From Octopus vulgaris (lineage: Eukaryota), in the NCBI GenBank assembly GCA_951406725.2, contig OX597816.1, positions 39,494,001-39,558,000 on the forward strand: 64,000 bases of DNA. The letters are read 5' to 3'. The notes under the pieces are model-generated. The model had not been told where the DNA came from. It did not search any database and was given only the letters and a program-made list of their open reading frames with translations. Of the stretch, positions 10,312-24,590 are shown piece by piece. The stretch's first letter is position 1. Every line of letters starts with the position of its first letter. The position numbers and the translations under genes were made by a program.

Positions 10312-13300
10312 CACACACATACATGTGTGTATTTGCATGTACTCTTGTCTTGACATCATGTGATGGTTGTAAATGAGCATCACTGTCATACAAGCAGTAT
10401 TGTTCATTTCCAGTCTTCTTTGTAAAACATGTCCGGCCTTGGGAAAATATTACTTTGCTAGGGAATAGGTGAGAGTTGGCACCAGGAAAGGTGTCTGGCT
10501 GTAGAAAATCTGCTCCAACAAATTCTGTCTGACCCATGCAAGCATGGAAAAGTGATAATGATGATGTTCTCTGGTTGATGAAATAGATTTATTTTCAAAC
10601 TTACATAAGCGAAGGAGTGGCTGTGTGGTAAGTAGCTTGCTTACGAACTACATAGTTCCAGGTTCAGTCCCACTGCGTGGCACCTTGGGCAAGTGTCTTC
10701 TACTATAGCCTTGGGCCGACCAAAGCCTTGTGAGTGGATTTGGTAGATGTAAGCTGCAAGAAGCCTGTCGTATATATGTATGTGTATATATATATATGTA
10801 TGTGTGTGTGTTAATACGTTTGTGTGTCTGTGTTTGTCCCCCCCAACATCACTTGACAACCGATGCTGGTGTGTTTGCGTCCCCATAACTTAAGCAGTTT
10901 GACAAAAGAGACCGATGTGATAAGTACCAGGCTTCCAAAGAATAAGTCCTGGGGGTCGATTTGCTCAACTAAAGGCAGTGCTCCAGCATGGCCACAGTCA
11001 AATGACTGAAACAAGTAAAAGAGTAAACTTAAGTATCTAGAAATTTGCTTGCATGGGTCAGATAGAATTTGTTGGGGCAGATTTTCTACAGCCGGACACC
11101 TTTCCTGTTGCCAACCCTCACCTTTTCCCTAGCAAGATGATAGTCATGCAGATAAAATATATTAGATATCAAAAATATCAACAACAAATTTATTCTTATG
11201 TTGCTTTAGAAATGTTTAATTAGTCCTGATATTTTGAGTAAAAAATCATTTGTTCAGATCTTTAAAGAATTGGAATGTGATATATATTTATAGATCTCAT
11301 TACAGCCATGTATCTCCTCTACAGTAGACACATGTTTGTCATCCCTCTATCATACTTTAACCTTTCATCACCTGACATAAAGTCATCTCTCTCAATATTA
11401 TACCTATTTCTTTACTACCCACAAGGGTAGTAAAGAGAGGACAAACGGATTAAGTCGATTATATCGACCCCAGTGCGTAACTGGTACTTATTTAATCGAT
11501 CCAGAAAAGATGAAAGGCAAAGTCGACCTCGGCGGAATTTGAATTCAGAACTTAACGGCAGACGAAATACCACAAAGCATTTCACCCGGCGTGCTAACGT
11601 TTCTGCCAGCTCACCGCCTTCTCTCTCAATATTATACCTCCTTGACTGTGGTTCTTTTCTTGTTAGTTACTTGGTGGCCTCACTAATGTTGGTGCCTTGT
11701 AAAAAGCACCCACTATACTCTGTAAAAGGGTTGGCGTTACAAGAGGCATCTAGCTGTAGAAGCAGACATTGTGGCTTGGTGCAGTCCTCAGGTTCACCAG
11801 CTTCTCTTAAAATGTCCAGCTCATGCCAGCCTGTAAAATGGACATTTGATGATGATCAATATGTCAATTTTGTTTGCTGGAGTTTATGTGTTTCTAGTTG
11901 TTGGTAATGTGTTCACATTTTTTTGTCTAAATATTTGTATTTCTGATACATTCTTATAGGAAGACACTGATTCAGAAACTGAAGAACCTGCAGCAAAGAA
12001 AGCAAAGGTAAGGATGTCTCTGAAGTTATTTCTTTCCACCTCCTCCAATGCCACCTCCCCTCTCAAAAGAGTTTTTTTGTTTGTTTTGCAAGTACTTGGT
12101 GACCCTGTCATTGCAAGCGCCACTTAAAAGCATCCAGTCCACACTGTAAAGTGGTTGGTGTTTGGAAAGGCATCCAGCTGTAAAAACCTTGCCAAAACTG
12201 ATCTCACCTGTGCTTGTGCCACGTAAAAAGCACTGAGTTCATTCTGCTATGTGGTTGGTGTTAGGAAGGGCATCCAGCTGTAAAAATCCTGCCAAAACAG
12301 TTACAGAAGTCTGGTGCAGGCTTCTGCCTGGTCAGCTCTTGTAAAAACCGTCCCACCCATGCCAGCATGGAAGGCAGATGTTAAACGATGAATGATGATG
12401 ATTGTACTTATGATATAGGTGCAAGCATAGTTGTCTGGATATGGAATTCACTTCTTACTTACAGGGGTTTCGAATTCCATTTCACTGTCTGGTCCGTTGA
12501 GCAAGAGACTTCTACTATTGCCTTGAGCTGATCAATGGTGTGTGAGTGAAATTGGTTGACAGAAATTCTACAGAAGTTCAGAAAATGAATATAAAAGGAT
12601 TATTATGAGGGTTATAATGTATTTAGGTGTAGGTATGGCTGTATAATTAAGGAGTTTAACTTTGCAACCATGAGAATTGGGGTTCAGTCCTGCTCTATGG
12701 CATCTGTGAGCAAATGTTTTCTATTTTAGCTTGATCTAACTAATAACTTGTGAAGGAATTTGGTAGATATAAACTTTAAGAATCATCATCATTGAAGCTC
12801 CGGTGTCTGGCGACGGACTTGGTAAGCACCCACAAAGTTATCAACCACCTCACCAACAACAACACTGAACACCTTTTTGATCTCCATGTGTCTAACACAC
12901 GTGGACATGCCTACAAAGTCAGGAAACAACACAGCTCCCATGACTTTCGGAAACATTTTTTCATGCTCAGAGTTGCTGAAGCATGGAATACAACTGCCTG
13001 CATCAGTTGTTGACTGCCATGACACTGCATCCTTTAAGGCCCTCATGCTTTCCGAAATCCGCCGAAACTACACCTGATTATATATACACTTTAGATGAGT
13101 TGTAGTGCACCTGAGCACTGTACACAATTATTATTATTATTATCATCAGTATTTAACATCATTTTTCCATGCTGACATGGGTTGGATGTTCGGACAGGAG
13201 CTGGCAAGCCAGAGGACTGCATTTGGCTTCACTGTCTGTTTTGGCATGGTTTCTATGACTGGATCACCCTCCTAATGCCAACCACCTTACAGAGTAGACT

Positions 13301-13904
13301 TAGTGCTTTTTATGTGGCAACAGCACTGATGAGTTCTGTTTTGGCATAGTTTTTACAGTTTGATACCCTTCCTAATGTAAAACCACTTTACAGAGTGGTC
13401 TGGGTGCTTTTTATGTGGCACCAGCACTGACAAGGTCTGCTTCAGATGGTTTTTATAGCTGAACGCCCTTCCAAAACACTGGCCACTTCACACTGTAACC
13501 TTCATATATAAGTGTGTGTGTTCTTGCCTATGATGTTTATGCACTGATTGTAAAAGAAGTTACCATTTATACAAAAAATAGTGTCTTTTGTCTGCAATGT
13601 TCTGTGAAAACATGGGAAATGTCACCTTGCTTGGAGCAGGTGAATGTTTGGTGACAGGAGGTGCATCTGACGAAAGAAAATCTGCCTTATGTCTTCCTTG
13701 ACTCATTTAAGCCTAGAAAAGTGGACATTAAAATGATTATGTGTTTGTGGTTGTTTACTTTCTGTTTGTTTCCATCACACCGTTTGAGTGATGGATGACA
13801 TCTTACATTATAAAAAAAGACAACGGCCTAAGGTGCCACACAGTGGAACTGATCTTAAAACTATTTGGGAAGGGAGATTTTTACCACATGACCATGTCTG
13901 CTCT

Positions 13905-13938
<34 letters not shown>

Positions 13939-14518
13939 TACACACACATATCTGTAACTAATTGATAGTTAAACAGTATTATTGTTATTGATAATATATA
14001 TTTATTGCAAATATACAAATGGGATATTTATCTAATTTCATTTCATTTTAATTTGATAATTATGTTCATTTTGAAAATTCGTATTCCATTTCATTATTGA
14101 AATTTGGATGAAGTAAAATTATAATTATTGTAACAGGCACAATAATTATAATTTTGTACATTTAACGGCAAAAATATGTTTCTAACACTACCTGTTATAT
14201 GATAGGTAAGACTCTATTTCATTATTGTTAACATGGCTAAACTATTTATATTTTATTTTAGATAACTAAATCTGCAAAAGTACCTCGAGAGGCTGGTGCA
14301 GTGCCATCTGGTTCTTCATCATCTGATGAGGAAGATGAAGCTGAGGATGATGAAGAGAGTGATGATGATGATGATGATGATGAAGAGAGTGATGATGATG
14401 ATGATGATAACTCTCAAGAAAGGGGTGTTGAAGAGTTAAGCTTTGATGATAGTCAAGAAAAGGGTGAGCAGTTGTTTCTGTTTTCTTTTTGAAAGATTGG
14501 TGACTTTATAATTTGTTT

Positions 14519-14549
<31 letters not shown>

Positions 14550-17500
14550 ACAAGCATTATCATGTGATTAGGTAAGTCACACGGCAACAACGTGATTTCA
14601 CATTTAACCCTTTAGCATTCAAACCGGCCATATCTGGCCAAAATATTTAACCTGTTATATATTGAAACTGACCAGATCTCACCTTTCATCTCAGCCCAAC
14701 CATGTCATTCTAAAACTAAAAAATCACATCACTGAAATCTCTAAACTACAAGATAATGCATGATTGATTCAAACCATTTTAAATAAACAAACATCACATT
14801 TGACAGAATAATCTGAAGACTAAAGGGTTAATCCTATTGCATGGGCAAGTGCCTTCCAGTGTAGCATTGCATTAACCAATACTTTGCAAGTGAGATTTAA
14901 GAGATGGAAACTGAGGAAGCTTTTTGTGTCTGTACGTTTATGTTGTGAATCGGTGCATCAAGTTATGTTACTTTACATTAAAATGTTGAGACTTAGTTGT
15001 TCTATAAATGGAGACACATGAAATAAATACCAGAATGAAACAAAATAATGGGGTTAATATGACTGACCAAAACGAATGACAGTTCACTGTATTCCTGTGT
15101 GTTGTAAGAAGTGACTAAAAAGATTGATGTTAAAAGCATTTGGCTGTGAAAACTGCTTCAAAAATGTTCTATCCAACTATGCAAGCATTGAAAAGCAGAT
15201 TTAAGAGCAGTGTTGATGGTATGTTTTATATGTACATGAATAAACTGTCACTTACTTAATATAAAAAACAAACTTTTAAATGATGTATCTGTAGAGTTTT
15301 TCCTATTGTATATAAACAAAATCTGTGAATAATGATTGTTTAAAACTTTAATCCATTGCCTGTCCTATGTATTGTATGTGATACACAGGACATATTTCCC
15401 TGGTACCCATGCATCATATAATACACATTCCCAATTTCTTTCAACTAACAGAGTAATTTGGCATCGGTCATGACTAGGATTTCACTTGGCTTGAGAAGGC
15501 CTGTCAAGCCAAGTGAAATCAGTCATGACTGATGCCAGTGTTGCATAACTGGCACTTGTGCTACTGGCACATAAAAAGCATTGTTCGAATGTTGGGCCTC
15601 TCGGAGGCAGTGGCAAGTGACCAAGACCTTTGGCGTTATACTCTGCTTGAGAAGACCTGTCAAGCCAAGTGAGATTGTAGTCATGGCCAATGCCAGTGTT
15701 CCATAACTGGCACCTGTGCCGGTGGCATGGAAAACAAGCATGGGTATTTAAGACAAACTTATGAAAATGCTTTGGACATCATCATCATCGTTATCTTTTG
15801 ACGTTCGTTTTCCATGCTAGCATGGCTTGGATGGTTCGACTGGGGTTTGGGAAGCCAGGAGGCTGCACCAGGTTCCAGTCTGATCCAGCAATGTTTCTAC
15901 AGCTGGATGCCCTTCCTAATGCCAACCACTCCATGACTGTAGTGGGTGCTTTTTATGTGCCACCGGCACAGGGGCCAGAGGAGGCTGGCAACGGCCATGA
16001 TCGATTGGTGCTTTTTACATGCCACCGGCACGGAAGCCAGTCAAGGCGGCGCTGGCATTGGCCACGTTTGGATGGTGCTTTTTACATGCCACTGGCACGG
16101 GTATCACAACTACAATTTCCATTTGATATTCATTTTGATGTTGATGTACTTGACTCAATAGATCTCAAGCGCAGCAGGTCACCCTATGATCCAAGGTACT
16201 TTTGAATAGGCTGGGGCTGCTAATATGAAACTGGTATAGGATACAGCCGTGAACTCACTTTATTTGCTGGGTCTTTGCAGTCACAGCAAATTTCCAGAGG
16301 TCTCGGTCTTTTGTCATTGCCTCTGTGAGGCCCAACCTTTGAAGGTCATGCTTGACCACCTCATCCCATGTCTTCCTGGGTCTGCCTCTACTCCGGATTC
16401 CTTCAACTGTTTGGGACTGGCACTTCTTCACACATCTCTCCTCATCCATCCGCAGTACATGACCATACCAGCACAAACGTCTCTCTTGCATGCCACATCC
16501 TATGCTTCTTATGTCTAACATTTCTCTCAGGGTTAATAACCATACATTCATATAGTTTGGTCTAATACTTTGTTCTATGATAAAAGATACTCTTGACATA
16601 GAATTTGAACCAGTAATATGGAAGTCTAGATCTATAAATTGCTTGTCTATTCATTAGACTTCCTGTTAAACAGTTTCAGTCATAGATAACCTTTTGAAAA
16701 GAACATAATTCTTCAAACTTTGGTTGATTACTGGTGACAGTTTTTCTTTTATTTGTCAATATATTTAGGTTCCATAAAACTTGTTCATTTATAATTTTTA
16801 CAGCTTTTTCTTCTTACATTCTCATAGTTTTGGTTTGATTATTTATTTGTTAAATTGACAGACCTGGTTAGTAGACTAAAATTAAACAGCTTTAACTACT
16901 ATATTCTCAAATCACTGTATGATAGAGTCCCTCATATTATGAAGTCATTATCTGGTAGGGTCTTCCATATTAACTATTTTGTTACCATATTTCTTTTGAG
17001 ATACACTGCTTTTGTTTGAATCAATTAAAAAAACTTGGTTCAATTAATTAAAAAAAATTTTTGAAATAAAAATTTATGAAAATACTTTGTCATTATTAAT
17101 CTGGTGTTCAGAACATAGATTTATATCACTTTTAAACTTGAAGTTTGTATCATAGAATCAGGACAGTTTGGACAGGTTGGTATCAAAGGCTTAAATCATT
17201 CTTATATTTATATTTGTAAGGAAACATTATAGTGGAATATGGTGTTGTTTAATAAAATTATTTCTGAAATCATATAATTAATTTTTTTGAGTATTATTTA
17301 GAATTTTATTATATTTGAATAATATAATGTTCTAAGTTTTAAATTTTAACAGGACATCTTCATTGGAAATCAGACTTATTAAAAAAGGCTTCCATCTCCT
17401 TCAAGCAAAGACAGTCAGAGAAAAAAAACTTCCGAAAACTGATATATGGTGATGGTAAGTATTACTACCATTTGGTAGTACTTTTGTGTTTTTGCTTTAT

Positions 17501-19511
17501 TCCGTTTCTAAACCCATTTAATATGTTTATAGGAAAATAAAATTTAGATGTTTTGGGAAGGCAGTGATAATTCTTTAATGCTGTAATATGAAATGGGATT
17601 AAAATTGGTTGTTTTTAGTTTTTCTTTGAAGAATTAATTTCTCTGAAATTATATTGTTCTCATAAGAATGTTGTTTAACCATTTTGTTGCCATATTTCTG
17701 GGTTCAATTAATTTTTAAACTAATGAAAACTGGCCATATCTGGCTCAAATATTCTACCTGTCTTATGCTCAAACTGGGCAGATCCTGTCTCTCATACCCA
17801 TCCTTCAAGATCATATTAAAGATACACAATCACATCATTGAGATCTTGAAACTGAGATGATGCATGATAAATTTGAAACAATGTAAATAAATATAGGCAC
17901 AGGAGTGGCTGTGTGGTAAGTAGCTTGCTTACCAACCACACAGTTCCGGGTTCAGTCCCACTGCATGGCACCTTGGGCAAGTGTCTTCTACTATAGCCTT
18001 GGGCTGACCAAAGCCTTGTGAGTGGATTTGGTAGACGGAAACTGAAAGAAGCCCGTCGTATATATATGTGTGTGTGTGTCTGTGTTTGTCTCCCCAACAT
18101 CACTTGACAACCGATGCTGGTGTGTTTACGTCACCGTTACTTAGCGGTTCGGCAAAAGAGACCGATAGGATAAGTACTAGGCTTACAAAGAATAAGTCCC
18201 GGGGTCGATTTGCTTGACTAAAAGGCGGTGCTCCAGCATGGCCGCAGTCAAATGACTGAAACAAGTAAAAGAGAGAGAGAAATAAGCATTACATTTGACA
18301 GACTAATCTGAATGCTAAAGGATTAACACAGGAAATTTGTATAATAGAACCAGGGGCAGTTTCATGCCAGTTGGTATCAAAAGGGTTAAACATATTTCAG
18401 CTTAAATCAAATAGACCCATGATCAAAGGCATTCCAGTCATAACTATTTTGTATTTTTCTTCTGACATAGTAAACCTAGGAATACATTAACCAATGTATT
18501 CTTTTTTTTGAACACAGTAGAATACAGTGGCATTTGTATGAGATTTGAGATAGGCTGTTATTTCTAACAGATTGACTGACTGTTTACAGTCTCCTTTATT
18601 GCCACATGGACTTTGTAGGGCCTCCTCATTGGGTTCTCTCTTTAGAATATAATTAGTATTTCATGTCTTTCGTGTATTTTTCAATATTTTCTTATTAGAA
18701 TGTATTCAATTGTAATATAAATATTCTAAGAAATCATCTGAGCGTGGCCGTCTGCCAGCCTCGTCTGACACCTGTGTCGGTGGCACATAAAAAACCACCA
18801 TCCGAGCGTGGCCGTTCGCCAGCCTTGTCTGGCACCTGTGTCGGTGGCACATAAAATCACCCACTACACTCTCGGAGTGGTTGGCGTTAGGAAGGGCATC
18901 CAGCTGTAGAAACACTGCCAGATCTGACCGGCCTGGTGCAGCCTTCGGGCTCCCCAGACCCCAGTTGAACCGTCCAACCCGTGCTAGCATGGAAAGCGGA
19001 CGTTAAACGATGATGATGATGAAGAATATATTTGTTAATGACTGTATAACAAAGGGAACAAAGAAGAAAATAAATGAATAAAAACATCTTATTGAACTCA
19101 TTCCTTTTTTACTATAGACGAGGAAGAATCACCTGAAGACGAAAACAGTGATGAGGAAAAGATTGGTGGTCTCTTCAAGCTAATAAACAAGAAAACTGCT
19201 GAAAACCAATCTCGTAAGAACTGCCATAACACAGACTCTTCCAAGTTGGTTGCGGACAAGTTACAGGATTGGAGTCTTAATGAGGTTATTATAGCTTTTT
19301 ATACATGTATATATTATTAAGTTATTATAATATCGCTGTACTCATTGCAAGTATGGGTGTGTGGTTAAGAAGTTCACTTCCCAATCATGTAGTTTCAGGT
19401 TCAGTCCCACTGTGTGGCACATGAAGTTTTTTTTCTTTTATAGTCCTGGGCTGACCAAAGCCTCGTAAGTGGACTTGTTGGATAGAAACTGAAAAAAACC
19501 TGTAGTGTGTG

Positions 19512-19565
<54 letters not shown>

Positions 19566-19700
19566 AATAAATACAAACTGGGACAAGAATGCAAAACATT
19601 TAGAAGACAATACAAAAGACACGGACGGGACATTCGAAGCCTTCAATCTTCAGTCAAGAACCGGATCATCCTCGCAATTTTGGCTGATTAATTTTGAGAT

Positions 19701-19736
<36 letters not shown>

Positions 19737-21353
19737 AGATCACTTCCTCCAATGCCCCCTCCCCTCTCAAAAGATTTTTGTCATGCAGGTTACTTTGTGA
19801 CCTTGTCGGTGCAGGTGCCACTTAAAAATATTGGGAAGGCATCCAGCTGTAAAGACCTTGCCAAAACTGACTTCGCCTGTGCTTGTGCCACGTAAAGAAC
19901 ACTATGTGTTAGGAAGGGCATCCAGCTGTAAAAATCCTGTTAAAACAGTCACAGAAGTCTGGTGCAGGTTTCTGCCTGGCTGGCTCCTGTCAAACCGTCC
20001 CACCCATGCCAGCATGGAAGGTAGACATTAAATAATGATGATGATGGTACACACACACATGATACTGTTGTCATGAAAAAAGCAGCCAGTACACTTTGTA
20101 AAGTGGTTGGCATTAGGAAGGTCATCTGATCAGTCATAGAATCCATTCCAAAGCAGACAATAAAGCTTGGTGCAGTCTTCTGGCTTGCCAGCTCCTGTCA
20201 AACAGCATGGAAAATGGACAGGAAATGATGGTGATGAAATGTATGTAACTATATATGGGTGTGTTTAGTTGTGAGTTACATCATCCTGCAAGCAGTTTTT
20301 TTTTTTTTTTATGTTTCTAATCTTGTGTAGAAATATGTCCCACCATAAAGGAAATGTTACCTAGCTTGGGTTAGAAACTAGTAAAGATTTGTGTCAGAAA
20401 GGACATCTGGGCATAGAAAATCTGCTTCAATGAATTCTGTCTGACCCATGCTTGCATAGAAAAATGGATGTTAAAACGATGATGAAGATACATACACGCG
20501 TGTGTGTATGTATCTCTCTATATATTATATTATATATTTATATATATATATATATATATTATTATATTATATTATATTTATATGAAAGGCAGTTTGTCTG
20601 TATGTGTGTCTGTCAGGTTGTACCCTCACCCTGACCACGGCTTTCAACCGATTCTGATGAAACTTGACACACACATAGCACAATGTCATAATTCAAAAAA
20701 CTAACGCAGCGAAAATTTTGAAAAGTTCACCCAGTTCTGAAAAAAATCGATAAATTCGAGATGGGGTCGAGAATCTAAGCTTATCATATGCAACACATTT
20801 TCCGTTGTAGTTTTTGCTACTTGCAATCTATTTTCACCAAACTCATGGTGAAGCTTAATGTTACCCTAAGGAACTTAATTCTGATGTTAGTTTTCCATGC
20901 AATACCTTACCATCAGAAAAAATCGATAAAATCAGGCCATTTTGGGAAATCGCGTTCAAGTTCAAGATGACATATTTTCGATAATATCTTTAACAAATTG
21001 GCAGGAATTTTTTTTAAAATTCACAGCGAGCATCATGTCTGCTCCAAGGAGCTATATGGCCCTTTTAATTCCAATAGGATACGTTATTACTGGAAAAAAC
21101 CGCAGAACTGGGTTGGGTGTGCTAAACAAAACCAGAAAATGCACTTTGACTGTCATAGATTTTCTTCATACATGCAAGGGAACGGTGCCTCGAATGTGTT
21201 AATGCCTTTTAGGCTTCATTTTACAAAATAACGGTTCAATGAGTACGGTATTAAAAAAGGGTAAAGGGCATTGCTTGATTTATGAACGTAAAAAGTTTCT
21301 TACATACCTGGCAAAGCTATTTTTTTGCCACCCTATATTGATTAAGTATATAG

Positions 21354-21389
<36 letters not shown>

Positions 21390-21625
21390 CACATTTACAT
21401 ACCTACCATATTTACTCATGTATAAGTTGTACCCCAGTTTCTGTAGTTAAAATCAAATGCAAAATACTGTGATTTATACATGAGTAAATACAGTATATAT
21501 ATATTCATTCTAATCCCCTTTTTTCTCCATTACAGAGGCTTATATGCCCTGATAGTATACTATTTTCTATAACCAATATATAGTGAAGGCTCATAATTCT
21601 ATATACATACATACATATATGTATG

Positions 21626-21657
<32 letters not shown>

Positions 21658-22688
21658 AACTATTCTTATGGAACTGTGTATGTTTATCATTTCAGGTGAG
21701 AGACCAAATACGTGATTGCTTTATAACTGGTAAGAAGAATTTTGGAGATGCTGCCGCTACGCTGTTAGAAGCAGATGGTAAGTTTGGTTTAGTAATTAAT
21801 CAGTCATTACAATTTGACGCTGATGTTTTATAATTTCAGTATATTGTTATTATGGTGCTGTTTGACCTTTTGCCTGCCCTGTGTGTCACATGTGATACAC
21901 AGGATGCTTTTCTTTAGTGTCCATGCATCATATATGCAATCCTAAATTTTTTTGTTTTTCATTAGAGTAATTTGGGACTTAAAAAAGAAAAACATTATAT
22001 TACTTAGAACGTATGAAACTAGGAGTAACTAAAAATTTGGAAGCAAGCCCATGACATCTAGGCATCTGTAAACAAGCTTGGACATCTCACCTTTAGTTCT
22101 CTCTCATTCTTTCTTACCCTTATCAACGATAATGCAGTCAGTTATGACTTGTTCTTATTCTTCTACACAATCACAAATATGTGGTTGGCGTTAGGAAGGG
22201 CATCCAGCTGTAGAAACACTGCCAGATCAGACTGGGCCTGGTGCAGCCATCTGGCTTCCCAGACCCCCAGTTGAACCGTCCAATCCATGCTAGCATGGAA
22301 AGCGGACGTTAAACGATGATGATGATGATGTAATAGAGGATTATTTTATTTCTCTTCATGTAAGCTAAAATTGCCAAAACTTGAGATTTTTTTCCACATT
22401 TTTTTAAAAAATAAAATATCATCATCATCATCATCATCATCATTTAGCGTCCGCTTTCCATGCCAGCATGGGTTGGACGGTTCAACTGGGGTCTGTGAAG
22501 CCGGAAGGCCGCATCAGGCCCAGACAGATCTGGCCATGTTTCTACGGCTGGATGCCCTTCCTAACGCCAACCACTCCGTGAGTGTAGTGGGTGCTTTTTA
22601 TGTGCCACCCGCACAGGTGCCAGACGGAGCTGGCAAATGGCCACGCGGAACAAGAACGTAATGAACGATAATGAAAACATACGGACAG

Positions 22689-22742
<54 letters not shown>

Positions 22743-22815
22743 ACAGACACATACACTCATAAATACACATATAAAAATGCACTTGAATGCATATACATAA
22801 ATACAAATGTATTTA

Positions 22816-22857
<42 letters not shown>

Positions 22858-23021
22858 TTATAAATATAAATTAACAATTTTAAATTTTTAACTTTAAATT
22901 TAAGTAATTTAAATTTTGAATTTTATATTTTATATATTTTGTATATTATATTAATTTTATTTCTATATTTTGGTTTATGTTGTCCACTGTTTGATTTGCC
23001 TAATAGTGGGTTTATCTCTAA

Positions 23022-23052
<31 letters not shown>

Positions 23053-24559
23053 GATAAGGCACTTGCTGTCAGTAATTACTCTGGGTAGGCAGTTAGTGAT
23101 CTTTATGTAGTAAAACATACAAAAAATAAGAGAAGTACAGCTGCGTGACTGAGTTGAAGGCAGATTTACTTCCGCCTTTATAGCACGTAAAGAAAACAGT
23201 GTTGTAGGGGTGTACACAGCATATGTACTACAGTACCACTATGGCATAGCTTAATACTGAGATTGAAAAGCAGGGACAAATTATGCCTACCTAATCTACA
23301 AAAAAACCAAAATATTTTGCATTTTATGCATAATAATCAGAGTAACCTTCATAATTTTATTGAATTAAGAGCATATTTTGCCACAAAAGGAAAATGTTGC
23401 TATCGATCTATTTTATTCAAGGTAGGCACTGTCTACCTTGCCTACCTAGACAGCATATCCCTGGTATAGATATATATATCTTTTTCTGTTTCTCTCAATC
23501 TCTCACTCTGACTTTCTCTCTGACACTTACCTTCCTCTCCTTCCTTGTCCTACTGGAGTAACCAAGTATCTCTTCCATGGCGAGACAACTATCTCTATCC
23601 CTCTATTATACTCTAACCTTCCACCTGTCTCACAGCCATTTCTCTTGGTTCCAATCCTGTTCTCAGCTGAGAGGTCTTTGTCTTGCAAGCTACTTGGCAA
23701 CGCCTGTGCTGGTGCCCTGTAAAAAGCACCCAGTACACTCTGTAAAGTGGTTGGTGTTAGGAAGGGCATCCAGCCATAGAAACCATACCAAAATAGACAA
23801 ATGAAACCTGGTGCAGCTTTCTGGCTTGCCAGTTCTGGTCAAACTGTCCAACCCATACCAACATGCAAAACAGACATTAAATGATGATGTTAGTGATATA
23901 TATATATAGGGAGAGTTTATGAAAAAAACAAAAGACGAAGACAGGTGGTGTACAAAACAAACAGATGTATTAGTATAACGCTAAGGAATAGAAAAAGTCT
24001 TTTACGTTTCGAGCCTACGCTCTTCTACAGAAAGGGACACAGAAAAAACAAGGAGAGAAAAAATGTGTGTAGTGGCTAAGAGAAAAGATGAGAAAACACA
24101 GGAGATTTGTTTTACAGTATTAAGGAGTATATTAAATTCATAATAATAAAGATATTATTATACAATTTTGTACAAAATGAGATTTTATTTTTTCAACATA
24201 ATCATAATAAGAACCGGTTTCGCATTGCTCATCAAGCTAAGGTTTGAAAAATAGACATATTGCTTGGGGGAAGACATATATATATATATATATATCATCA
24301 TCATCATATATATATATATATTTGTGTGAATCTTAAACTCCTTTTTTTTTTTACTAATGAACATTTAATGTAACATATTGCTTGAAATGTTTTACAGATG
24401 AAATATTTGGGGATTTTGAAGATCTTGAAACTGGAGAAACATACAAAGGAAAAACTGAAAATGAAGCTGATAAAAATGATGATGCAAATGAGGACGAAGG
24501 TAATGGCTGAAACGAAAAGCATTAATCTGTTTCTGTGATTTGAAGAAGACCATGTTTGC

Positions 24560-24590
<31 letters not shown>

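Noticed and set aside
17564-17646. Possible intronic C/D snoRNA (GTGATAA..CTGA) in a ribosome-biogenesis host gene
   Set aside because: Imperfect C box, no terminal stem, no recognisable rRNA guide; no convincing snoRNA found by eye in any intron
19625-19660. Minus-strand CTGAAGA-TT-GAAGGCTTC-GAATGTC hammerhead-like string
   Set aside because: Lacks GAAA and a convincing stem I
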